NCBI GenBank assembly: GCA_963770415.1
Contig: CAVYPU010000005.1
Span: 1,596-65,595, forward strand
DNA: 64,000 nucleotides
DNA from: an uncultured Acidobacteriota bacterium
GTDB lineage: Bacteria > Acidobacteriota > Terriglobia > UBA7540
Direction: 5' to 3'
Shown: positions 28,564 to 37,092 of the stretch, one piece after another
Numbering within the stretch: position 1 is the first letter of the stretch
Layout: each line of letters opens with the position of its first letter
The notes under the pieces: model-generated
Told to the model about the DNA's origin: nothing
Databases searched by the model: none
Seen by the model: the letters and a program-made list of their open reading frames with translations, nothing else
Translations under genes and position numbers: made by a program

Positions 28564-30228
28564 TCAAGTCTCCTGGTGGTACGCGTATAGGAAGCGCGAG
28601 ACGGCAGGAGGGCCGCCGGGAAGGTGGAAGGAGTTAGCGCGTTCCCAGATTTGGCGGTCGGCCTCGGTCGAGCGCTCGTGCTGGCGGAGGTGTTCGCCCC
28701 ACGACTCGACTACAAAGGTTTCGAGGAAGCGGCCCTGGTCGGCGACGTCCTCGTAGAGGCCCCAATCGACGGCGCCGTCTCGCCGGCGGACGCGACCGAG
28801 TTCGAGCATAGCCACGTTAAAGTCGGCTGCCCATTGCGGGTCGATGCGGTACTCGACGGTGACCAGCACTGGTCCGTGCTCCACTCCCGGGGCATTCACA
28901 AAAACCGGCATGGGCCGGGAAGAGGGAGCCAAGTTAAGCCCCTCAGCCAAGCCAACCGGATAGCGGGCCGCCACAAGCAGGCCCAGCGCAAGCGACAAGG
29001 CGGCGGCGAGGAGCGCTTGAGGGATGCCCACGTGCTCCGCGACCGCTCCCCAGAAAACGCTGCCCGCGCCCAGCGCCACCGCAAAGGTAAGTTGATAAAA
29101 TGCCAGAGCGCGGCCCCGCACCCAGGCTGCGGTGTTGAGCTGAACGCTGGTGTTAAAGGTTGAGAAGGCGCTGGTCCATGCGAACCCGGCGGCGAAAGCG
29201 GCCACGCAGGCCACCGGGTATAGCTGCAACACCGCCATCAGCACAAGCGCCCCCGCATTGAGCAGTGTAATCGCGCGCAGCAGACGCACGATGCCCATCT
29301 GCCGCTGCAGGCGAGGAAGAATCGAACCGGCGAGCACCGCACCCGTTCCGAAAAAACCCAGCAGCACGCCGTATCCCGCCGCTCCGCGCCCCAGTTCCTG
29401 GCGCGCGAACAGGGGGACCAGGCTCCAGAAGGCGCTCGCCCCAAGTGAAAATACGCAGGTGCCGATCAGCGTGGAACGAATGGAGGGAGTGTGGGCTACG
29501 TAGCGCCAGCCCGCCCTCATGGCTCCGGCCACGCGTTCCGCCGGCAACACGCTCTTGCGCGGCTTGCGGTGCCAGCGGTAGAACACCACGATAACGCCCA
29601 GGAACGAAGCGGCGTTAAGTAGAAAGACCGGGCCGGAACCGGCTGCGGCAACCACCAACCCGCCTAGTGCGGGCCCCGCGGCCCGCGCCACGTTGTAGCT
29701 TACAGAGTTGATCGAGACGGCGGCCCCCACCTCGGCGCGTGGCACCAGTTCCGGCACGATCGCCGACCATGCCGGCCCATTCAAGGCGTTGCCCAGGCCG
29801 AGCAGAAAGGTGAAGGTCAACAACAGGAGCGGCGAGGTCAGGTGAAGGACGGTCAGAATTCCCAGCCCGGCGGCCGCCCCTAGCATCCAGCTTTGGCTGA
29901 AAATAAGCACCCGGCGGCGGTCCAGGATATCCGCCAACGCTCCGGCAGCAAAAGAAAGCAGGAGCATCGGCAGGGCGCCTGCCGTCTGGATCAGCGAGAC
30001 CATCAGCGGCGACGGCGCAAGCTGGGTCATAAGCCAGCTTGCTCCCACCTCTTGCATCATGGTGCCGATGTTCGAAACGACGGAAGCGATCCAGAGAATG
30101 CGGAAGAGTTCGTGCTGGAGCGTGACCCAGGCGGAAGAGATGGCTTTGCGTGGCTCAGCGCCCGTCTCGATCTCGAGGCTCGTCCCGGCGGCCTTCTTCT
30201 CCGCTCCGATGTTCAGGTCAGCCATCAC
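28564..30228 (-). CDS. MFS transporter (EntS/MFS_3-like) with C-terminal ABM-like domain
   Basis: The sequence 'FRILWIASVVSNIGTMMQEVGASWLMTQL...ALADILDRRRVLIF' is followed by many hydrophobic helices. The soluble tail 'VLVTVEYRIDPQWAADF...FLETFVVESWGEHLRQHERST' is antibiotic-biosynthesis-monooxygenase-like. Confidence 0.85.
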   Translation of the reverse strand: MMADLNIGAEKKAAGTSLEIETGAEPRKAISSAWVTLQHELFRILWIASVVSNIGTMMQEVGASWLMTQLAPSPLMVSLIQTAGALPMLLLSFAAGALADILDRRRVLIFSQSWMLGAAAGLGILTVLHLTSPLLLLTFTFLLGLGNALNGPAWSAIVPELVPRAEVGAAVSINSVSYNVARAAGPALGGLVVAAAGSGPVFLLNAASFLGVIVVFYRWHRKPRKSVLPAERVAGAMRAGWRYVAHTPSIRSTLIGTCVFSLGASAFWSLVPLFARQELGRGAAGYGVLLGFFGTGAVLAGSILPRLQRQMGIVRLLRAITLLNAGALVLMAVLQLYPVACVAAFAAGFAWTSAFSTFNTSVQLNTAAWVRGRALAFYQLTFAVALGAGSVFWGAVAEHVGIPQALLAAALSLALGLLVAARYPVGLAEGLNLAPSSRPMPVFVNAPGVEHGPVLVTVEYRIDPQWAADFNVAMLELGRVRRRDGAVDWGLYEDVADQGRFLETFVVESWGEHLRQHERSTEADRQIWERANSFHLPGGPPAVSRFLYAYHQET

Positions 30229-30237
30229 AGTTCCAAT

Positions 30238-30726
30238 TCAATTTGCACTCGCGCCAAGGTCCACGGTTGCTTCTTTCACGATCTCATCAATGGCCGCAAT
30301 CTGTTCGGCGGTTAAGACCGGCGGGCTTTCGATGGCGAGCAGCTCACGCACTTTGGCGGCGGCGCGTTTCTCGAAGCGTTCCCGATCCAGGCTATCACCG
30401 GCGTCCCACGACGGACTCTCGAAGAACGGCGAGAGCAGTTCTTCGCCGCGATAGTGCGCGGCCGTGTGTTCATGGTCGAAGGTGTGGCCGTTCGTCCCCA
30501 CCTCTTCCACCAGGCGAAACCGCACGATGCGGCGATCCGTATCCACACGGCAGCCTGCCGTGCGGAGACATTCCAGCGCCTTCGCGTGATCCACCCACAT
30601 CCCGGTGCGTTCCAGAATCTCGAGCGCTGCTTGATGGATTGCTTTCATTTCGCCTTGGCTGAGATAGCGGATTGGCTCGATCGATGATGTTCTGATGTTG
30701 CATCTCCCCGCAACCGCGATGCCGAA
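30238..30726 (-). pseudogene. MttB (trimethylamine methyltransferase) superfamily remnant with a large internal deletion
   Basis: The open frame reads '..IEPIRYLSQGEMKAIHQAALEILERTGMWVDHAKALECLRTAGCRVD..RIVRFRLVEEV' (MttB N-terminus). This is joined directly to 'GTNGHTFDHEHTAAHYRGEELLSPFF...PPVLTAEQIAAIDEIVKEA' (MttB C-terminus). Only about 160 codons are present, whereas the family is normally about 480-520 aa. Confidence 0.7.
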
Positions 30727-30825
30727 TTAAATTACCAATACTACCATGAGCGGTTGTTGACTTATGTGCGGGAGGCTTGTATCGTCTGGCCAGGGGACGA
30801 CAAAGCAAGCTTATAGGGAGGGAAT

Positions 30826-31826
30826 ATGGCCAGGGACTCATCCAGCAACCCACATGAGAATGATCATTCCTCGAAGCCTGAACCCAGCCGCCGGGATTTC
30901 CTGAAGGGGGCCACAACGGTTGCCGCCGGGCTGATGGCCCCAGGGTTGGTCCGCGGCGAAGCCAGCTGAACTATTGCCGCTGGTGAGCCTGGGGCCCCAT
31001 CGCGTCTCGCGGCGTGATCGTGGGAAGCAACCCCATCTACGGCTATTCGCATGTAAACCGGCTGTACGATATGCACATGCGGGAGTGGTTCACGGACGAA
31101 CGCATCGTCAAGCTGCTGGTGGACTGCGAGAAGGCTGGCATCAACACCTGGCAGGCCAGCTTCAATTGGGACATGAAGCGGCAATTCCCGAAGATTCGCG
31201 GGGCGGGATGCAACATCCAATTCATATGCCTGGCCGCCTCGTGGCACTACGACGAGAAGATGGGGCGCACGCCGGAAGAGATCCTGGACGGAACCATCAA
31301 ATGCGCGCAGGCCGCGGCGGAGTTCAAGCCCATCGGCATCGCTTTCCACGGCGGGGCTACCGACATTCTTTTCGCGCGGGGAAGATCGATCTGCTCAAAA
31401 CCTATATCGACAAGGTTCACGACATGGGGATCGCGGCCGGCATCTCCACGCATAATCCCAAAATCCTGGCCACGCTTCATGAGAAGGGATTTGCGAACGA
31501 TTTTTACATGACGGGGCTGCACTATCTCACCCGCCACCCCGAGGATTGGATGAAGGAGATTGGAACGCGTCCCAATCGATGAGGGCTGGATCGCCTCCGA
31601 CCCCCCGAAAATGGCCGAAGCCGTCCGCAAGGTGGATAAGCCTGCGTTGGTCTATAAGGTTCTGGGGGCAGGCCGCAAATGCAATTCCGAAGAACAAAAG
31701 CGCCAGGCAATTGCGTGGGCTTACAAGAACATCAAGCCTATTGATGCGACGATCATCGGGCTCTACCCGCGCTATTCGGACCAGGTCACGGAAACTGTCA
31801 AGCTGGTGCGCGAAGCTCTGACCTGA
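30826..31826 (+). pseudogene. Tat-signal protein of unknown family, broken by about four frameshifts
   Basis: The gene opens with 'MARDSSSNPHENDHSSKPEPSRRDFLKGATTVAAGLMAPGLVRGEA' (30826-). It continues as 'LLPLVSLGPHRVSR', then 'VIVGSNPIYGYSHVNRLYDMHMREWF...GIAFHGGATDILFARG', then 'KIDLLKTYIDKVHDMGIAAGISTHNPKILATLHEKGF...EDWMKEI', then 'ERVPIDEGWIASDPPKMAEAVRKVDKPALVYKVLGAG...'. These pieces lie in frames 1, 2, 0, 2 and 0. The breaks are at about 30940-30970, 31004-31016, 31375-31384 and 31550-31562. Confidence 0.65.
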
Positions 31827-32010
31827 AGACTGAGAGAGTCCTGGATCTATGCATGATCACCTCAACCCGCCCTACGGCGGCGAACTGATGAAAAAGGCAA
31901 TTTTTCTCACTCTAGGCTTTCTTTCCGTCATGGCGTTAACGTCATGCCAACCCGGGGCGTTCCGGGATCGTTGACTGACGGCTGATCGCTGAGATCTGAT
32001 AACTTCTGAG

Positions 32011-34338
32011 ATGACCAGTGCCTACTCCATTCGCGTGCGCGGCGTTGTGCAGGGCGTTGGCTTCCGGCCGTTCGTATACCGCCTGGCGTGCGCCCACGGC
32101 CTGAGCGGTTGGGTGATAAACGCTGAGTCGGGCGTCGAGATTCATGTCGAGGGATCTCACGAGGCGCTCCAGGCCTTCGTTCACGAAATCGAAACCAATC
32201 CTCCCCCTGCCGCGCAGATCGCCTCCCTGAATGTGCGTCCGGAAAACCCGATTGGCTTACGCGGCTTCAGCATCCGCGAGAGCGTCCGGCGGGAGCAGCC
32301 AACTGTCCGCATCTCTCCGGATTTGCCGGTGTGCGAATCGTGCCTTGCGGAGCTGTTCGACCCCGGCGACCGGCGGTTCCTTTATCCCTACATCAATTGC
32401 ACAAACTGCGGGCCTCGCTACACGGTGATTTTGGGCTTGCCGTATGACCGGCCGCGCACCACGATGCGGCAATGGGCGTTGGATGACTATTGTGCCTCGG
32501 AATACCACGATCCCGCCAATCGGCGTTTTCACGCGCAACCCGTAGCCTGCCCTGCCTGCGGGCCGCACTACGAGTTGCGGGCTGGCGGCGAAACCGTGCA
32601 CGGCGATCAGGCGAGCGTGGAGCGCACCGCGGAGCTACTGAGGGCGGGAAGAATCGTGGCCATCAAAGGACTGGGCGGCTACCACTTGGCATGCGATGCG
32701 CGAAACCCTGACGCGGTGTCGGCGCTGCGTGAGCGGAAATACCGCAAGGAAAAACCCTTCGCGTTGATGGCCGCGAGCTTCGCAATAGCGCGCACTCTGA
32801 TCGAGCTCTCGCTGGAAGCCGAACATATGCTCACCTCAGTGGCGCGGCCCATAGTGCTTGCTCCGGCGAGGGTTGAGATTTTCGGCGTAGCGCCGGCGAG
32901 CGACGAGCTCGGTGTGATGCTCCCCTACACACCGCTTCATCACCTGCTCTTTGCCGCAGGGGCTCCTGAGGTGCTGGTTATGACCAGCGCCAACCGCTCG
33001 AGCGAGCCCATTTGTTATGAAGATAACGACGCCCTGGAACGCCTTGCTGAGTTGGCCGATGCGTTCCTGATCGGCGAACGTCCCATCGCTCGACGGGTGG
33101 ATGACTCCGTAGCTCGTGCCGGCGCCTTCGGTCCCATGATCCTGCGCCGCGCGCGCGGCTACGCACCCGGCGCTGTCGCCGCCTTGCCGGCGCGGGGTCC
33201 TTTGCTGGCCTTGGGCGCTGACTTGAAGAATTCGATCACGCTCGTCGTCGACGGCCAGGCCTTCATGAGCCAGCATATCGGCGATCTTGACCATTACGAA
33301 TCTTTCCGCGCCTTCCAGGAGACGATTCAGGACCTGGTTTCAATGTATGGCGTTCGCTGGGACGACCTCACCGTGACGTATGACGCGCACCCGCAGTACG
33401 CTTCCAGCCAATACGCGCAACAGATGACTGCGCGAAGGAAGGTCGCCGTGCAGCACCACCGGGCCCACGTGGCATCCGTGCTCGCGGAGCACGGCGACCT
33501 TGAGCGCCAAGTCCTGGGAGTGAGTTTTGACGGCACAGGCTACGGCGATGACGAGAGCATCTGGGGCGGCGAAATATTCGCGGGCAGCGCCGCCCAGGGC
33601 TTTGAGCGGGTGGCTCATCTGCGACCCGCCGCGCTCGCCGGAGGCGATGCCGCGGCGCGCCTTCCTGTGCAAGCTGCCGCGGGTTTCCTCACCCAGGTAG
33701 GTGACGCTTACGGTATGCCCGATCTCAGCGCACCGCCATTCGAGTTCCCGCCGCGGTATCGCCAGGCGGTCGAACTGGTTCGAAAGGGCGTGCGGACGTT
33801 CACCACAACGTCTGTCGGGCGCTTGTTCGACGCGGCTGCGGCGCTCCTTGGTTTCACTCGCGAGGTCACTTTCGAAGGCCAGGCCGCGATGTGGCTCGAG
33901 CACCTTGCCCGCTCCGCCACGACCAATGCCGTCCCGTATCCGTTTCCATTCGAGAACGGCGAACTGGATTTTCGCGGATTGCTGTTCGCACTCGCTGCGG
34001 ATCGCCTGCGGGGACGTGATCGGCGCGAAATCGCGCGCGCCTTTCAATTGGGCGTCGCCCAGGGTACTGCCGACGCTGTGAAAAGCCTCAGCCAAACGAG
34101 GAAGATCGGGGCAGTAGTGTTTTCCGGCGGAGTCTTTCAAAATGAACTTCTCCTGCGCGATCTCAAAGGGATCCTCACCGGCACGGGCATCGAGGTGCTG
34201 ACCAATTGCGTAGTACCACCTAACGACGGCGGCATCAGCTTGGGCCAAGCCGCGCTGGCAGCATTTCAGGACGCACGCCCAGATCAAGATTCGACAGCCT
34301 CTGCAATTCCCACCTTAGACCGTAGCGCCGAACCTTAG
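32011..34338 (+). CDS. hypF: [NiFe]-hydrogenase maturation carbamoyltransferase HypF
   Basis: Intact 775-aa ORF with an acylphosphatase domain 'IRVRGVVQGVGFRPFVYRLA'. It has two zinc-finger pairs ('CESCLAELFDPGDRRFLYPYINCTNCGPRYT', 'CASEYHDPANRRFHAQPVACPACGPHY'), YrdC-like 'VAIKGLGGYHLACDA' and a Kae1-like C-terminal half. Confidence 0.93.
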   Translation: MTSAYSIRVRGVVQGVGFRPFVYRLACAHGLSGWVINAESGVEIHVEGSHEALQAFVHEIETNPPPAAQIASLNVRPENPIGLRGFSIRESVRREQPTVRISPDLPVCESCLAELFDPGDRRFLYPYINCTNCGPRYTVILGLPYDRPRTTMRQWALDDYCASEYHDPANRRFHAQPVACPACGPHYELRAGGETVHGDQASVERTAELLRAGRIVAIKGLGGYHLACDARNPDAVSALRERKYRKEKPFALMAASFAIARTLIELSLEAEHMLTSVARPIVLAPARVEIFGVAPASDELGVMLPYTPLHHLLFAAGAPEVLVMTSANRSSEPICYEDNDALERLAELADAFLIGERPIARRVDDSVARAGAFGPMILRRARGYAPGAVAALPARGPLLALGADLKNSITLVVDGQAFMSQHIGDLDHYESFRAFQETIQDLVSMYGVRWDDLTVTYDAHPQYASSQYAQQMTARRKVAVQHHRAHVASVLAEHGDLERQVLGVSFDGTGYGDDESIWGGEIFAGSAAQGFERVAHLRPAALAGGDAAARLPVQAAAGFLTQVGDAYGMPDLSAPPFEFPPRYRQAVELVRKGVRTFTTTSVGRLFDAAAALLGFTREVTFEGQAAMWLEHLARSATTNAVPYPFPFENGELDFRGLLFALAADRLRGRDRREIARAFQLGVAQGTADAVKSLSQTRKIGAVVFSGGVFQNELLLRDLKGILTGTGIEVLTNCVVPPNDGGISLGQAALAAFQDARPDQDSTASAIPTLDRSAEP

Positions 34339-34405
34339 ATCGGCCAGTATTGATCGGCAAACGCAGGCTTAAACTTCAATGCTACGAGTCAATTCAGGAC
34401 ACGTT

Positions 34406-34435
34406 CCCTAATCCGTCGTTATCGACGGATTAGGG
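34406..34435 (+). terminator. strong hairpin downstream of hypF (no U-tract)
   Basis: ccctaatccgtcg-ttat-cgacggattaggg, a perfect 13-bp stem 68 nt after the hypF stop. It is followed by G/C-rich sequence, so it is not a canonical intrinsic terminator. Confidence 0.4.
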
Positions 34436-34450
34436 GGCCGCGCGCGTCCC

Positions 34451-34480
34451 TTGACTTGCCAAGCGAACCTGTTCTAGATT
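34451..34480 (+). promoter_or_regulatory. candidate promoter abutting the epimerase start codon (possible leaderless mRNA)
   Basis: TTGACT (34451-34456), an 18-nt spacer, then TAGATT (34475-34480). ATG 34488 follows 7 nt later with no Shine-Dalgarno sequence in between. Confidence 0.35.
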
Positions 34481-34487
34481 GCAGGGC

Positions 34488-35516
34488 ATGCCAAAACTGA
34501 TTCAGACGGACGCAGAGCTGGAAGATTTTCTCACTACACCGAGCGCCGAGGACATCGAGTTCTTCCGCAAGGTGGACGGGGACCTTATTGTTGTGGGTGT
34601 GGGCGGCAAGATCGGTCCCACGCTGGCCTGTCGTGCGGGGCGCGCTGCCCAGGCCGCCGGCGCGAAAATCCGCGTCATCGGGACGGACGTCCACTGCGAG
34701 GACCTCGATGCCGACCGCTTCGAAGCGGCAGGGGTTGAGATCCTGTGCGTGGATTTGCTGGACGCCAAATCCTTCACGCAGTTGCCCGACGCTGCGAACG
34801 TCATCTTCATGGCGGGACGCAAGTTCGGCTCGACGGGCGCGGAGAGCCTGACCTGGGCGATGAATGTTTACGTGCCGGCGCTCATTGCGGAGCGGTATCG
34901 CTCCTCGCGCATCGTGGTCTTTTCGAGCGGCAACATCTACCCCTTTTCGCCCGTAATCAGCGGCGGAGCCACGGAGGAAACGCCCATCGCGCCCATCGGC
35001 GACTACGCGCAATCGGTGCTCGGGCGCGAGCGCATGTTTGAGTACTTCGCATCGCGCTACGGGACCAAGGTCACGCTGCTGCGCTTGAATTACGCCGTCG
35101 ATCTTCGCTACGGCGTGCTGGTCGATATCGGCACGAAGGTTTTCGAAGGCCGCCCCGTTGACGTCGGCGCGGGCGCCGCCAACGTGATCTGGCAGGGCGA
35201 CGTCAACTCCGTCGCGGTGCGAAGTCTTGCCTATTGCCAGTCTCCACCCTTCATCTTGAATCTGACCGGGCCGGAGACGCTTTCCATTCGCGCCGTCGCC
35301 AAACGTTACGGGGAGATCTTCGGCAAGGAGCCGCTCTTCGAGGGCCAGGAAGCGCCGACCTCGTTGCTCAACAACGCCGCGCGCTGCTTCCGCCTTTTCG
35401 GCTATCCCTCCGTCAGCGCCGGTCAGATGATCGAGTGGTCCGCGCATTGGATCAAGTCAGGCGGAAAGAACCTAGGCAAGCCAACGCATTTCGAAGCGCG
35501 CGACGGAAAATTCTAA
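34488..35516 (+). CDS. NAD-dependent epimerase/dehydratase family protein
   Basis: Motifs 'GDLIVVGVGGKIGPTLA' (Rossmann-type) and 'IVVFSSGNIYP...PIGDYAQSVLGRERMFEY' (SDR Y-x3-K-like region). The ORF-track start 34479 is a TTG three codons upstream. Confidence 0.8.
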   Translation: MPKLIQTDAELEDFLTTPSAEDIEFFRKVDGDLIVVGVGGKIGPTLACRAGRAAQAAGAKIRVIGTDVHCEDLDADRFEAAGVEILCVDLLDAKSFTQLPDAANVIFMAGRKFGSTGAESLTWAMNVYVPALIAERYRSSRIVVFSSGNIYPFSPVISGGATEETPIAPIGDYAQSVLGRERMFEYFASRYGTKVTLLRLNYAVDLRYGVLVDIGTKVFEGRPVDVGAGAANVIWQGDVNSVAVRSLAYCQSPPFILNLTGPETLSIRAVAKRYGEIFGKEPLFEGQEAPTSLLNNAARCFRLFGYPSVSAGQMIEWSAHWIKSGGKNLGKPTHFEARDGKF

Positions 35517-35629
35517 GGTCGAGGGCGATCGCTTCGCGCAACTTTCCTTTTGCCCTTTGGGGCGAGAAGGTGTGAAAGAATCGCGCGCTGTCACCCTGAA
35601 CAAAGATGCCATGATCCTTCGGCCCACCA

Positions 35630-35757
35630 CTGTGCATGAAAAAGGCCTGGATCCCCGCTTTCGCGGGAATGATAACAACTGCGTCATTCCCGCGAAAGCG
35701 GGGATCCACCGTTGATGCGTTGGCCTATTTTCATGGCAGCGAAGGATCCCGGCAGTT
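35630..35757. repeat. composite REP-bearing element (copy A)
   Basis: The ends ctgtgcatgaaaaaggcc (35630-35647) and ggcctattttcatggcag (35722-35739) are imperfect inverted repeats. They flank two inverted REP cores (35650-35708). Most of the unit recurs at 60317-60470. Confidence 0.75.
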
Positions 35758-35870
35758 GGTAGCGCAGACCGCCGGGTTTGCGGTCTGCGGCTTTCCGTGA
35801 AATAGCGCGAGTCCTGATACGGGTAGTGGCCGAAAAGACGCGGACCGCAAAGTCGGCGGTCCGCGCTACC
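35758..35870 (-). repeat. ~112-nt MITE-like foldback element, copy 1
   Basis: ggtagcgcagaccgccgggtttgcggtctgc...gcggaccgcaaagtcggcggtccgcgctacc. The ~31-nt terminal inverted repeats each contain a 9-10-bp hairpin. It matches the copies at 37913, 46016 and 57675 in the opposite orientation. Confidence 0.85.
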
Positions 35871-36033
35871 ACTCTGCTGCAGAGGCACAGGGTCGAGTGT
35901 ATTTCGCCCCTACAGGGCTATGAATTTGAAGGCGCGACGTTGACCCAGGCCTTCAGCCTGGGCTTCGTTATTTCGCCCCGTTGGGGCTGAAGGCATGCTT
36001 GCATCCGCAAACGTAAAATCCGACAGGACACCA

Positions 36034-37092
36034 ATGGCGCAACAACTCTCGATAGGCATTCTGGGCCTCTGCCACCTGCATCCGCGCAGTTACATGACCC
36101 TCTTCCAGGCCATCCCCGGAACGGCGGTGGTCGCCGCCGCAGACGCCGACCCCGCCGTGCGCGAAAGCTTCGCCAAAGATTATCACTTGCGCGGCTATGC
36201 CGGCTGGCGCGACCTGCTCGAAAAAGAGCGCCTCGACCTGGCCTTGATTTTCCTTCCCCACGCAGACTGCCCCGAAGCCGCCGTGGCGTGCGCGGAGCGC
36301 GGGGTAAACGTGGTTGTCGAGAAGCCCATGGCCGCCAATGCCGCCGGGGCGCGCCGCATGATCGCCGCCGCCGAACGTGCCGGCGTGACGCTCTCGACAC
36401 CTTACGTCTGGCGCTGCCATCCCGTCGTTCAGGAGATGAAGCGCTTCGTTGACCAGGGCGTCACGGGCCGCGTGGTGGGCTGCGAAGGCCGCTGCGCCGC
36501 GGGCCGCCTCTCGCGCTACATCGAGGGCCACGCCGGCTGGATGCTCGAGCGAGCGCGCAGCGGCGGCGGCCCCATGTTCAACCTGGGAGTCCACTGGGTC
36601 GACCTTTACCGGTGGCTGCTGGCGGACGAGGTGGCGGAAGTGACGGGCAAGAACGTGCGCGTCAACCAGCAGTACGACATCGAAGACAATTCTTTCGCGC
36701 TGCTGACGTTCTCGCGCGGCACGGTGCTCGCCCTCGACATCAGCTACACCGTGCCGGATTCCTACCCTTTTGGCCGCGACTTGTATCTCGCCCTGCGCGG
36801 CACGACGGGCGTGCTCTCCTGGAGCCCTTCGTTCGAAGGCACCAAAGAACGCCTGTTCGTATGCAGCGACTCCGGCGAGTACTCGCAAGCCGACCACCAG
36901 CACCTCGACTTCGACCTCCCGCCACAGCCCGGCTACGCCGGCCTGATGGGCTTGCGCTTCCTTTCAGATCTTGTGGAATCCATCCGCCAGGGCAAGCCCC
37001 CAGCCATCACCGGCCACGACGGCTTGAAAGCCCTCGAAGTCGTCGAAGCCATCTACCAATCCGCCGAGTCCGGCCGGAGCGTAAAGCTCTAG
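36034..37092 (+). CDS. Gfo/Idh/MocA family oxidoreductase
   Basis: Motifs 'LSIGILGLCHLHPRSY...GTAVVAAADADP' and 'NVVVEKPMAANAAGARRM'. I placed the start at ATG 36034. Confidence 0.85.
   Translation: MAQQLSIGILGLCHLHPRSYMTLFQAIPGTAVVAAADADPAVRESFAKDYHLRGYAGWRDLLEKERLDLALIFLPHADCPEAAVACAERGVNVVVEKPMAANAAGARRMIAAAERAGVTLSTPYVWRCHPVVQEMKRFVDQGVTGRVVGCEGRCAAGRLSRYIEGHAGWMLERARSGGGPMFNLGVHWVDLYRWLLADEVAEVTGKNVRVNQQYDIEDNSFALLTFSRGTVLALDISYTVPDSYPFGRDLYLALRGTTGVLSWSPSFEGTKERLFVCSDSGEYSQADHQHLDFDLPPQPGYAGLMGLRFLSDLVESIRQGKPPAITGHDGLKALEVVEAIYQSAESGRSVKL

Noticed and set aside
34419-35447. 342-aa minus-strand ORF. Similar long antisense ORFs lie at 8626-9642, 35968-36903, 38108-39091, 44814-45899, 47884-49077 and 54918-55862
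   Set aside because: Each is fully overlapped by an opposite-strand ORF with recognisable family motifs. Their translations are R/G/A/H-rich and low in complexity.
35452-35709. Short ORFs with recurring peptides ('MDPRFRGNDAVVIIPAKAGIQ', 'SFPRKRESI', 'RSAAFRHIARVL', 'LSPKGARAG')
   Set aside because: They coincide exactly with the REP/MITE copies. They occur in both orientations and in different frames, so the repeated unit is the DNA hairpin and not a protein.
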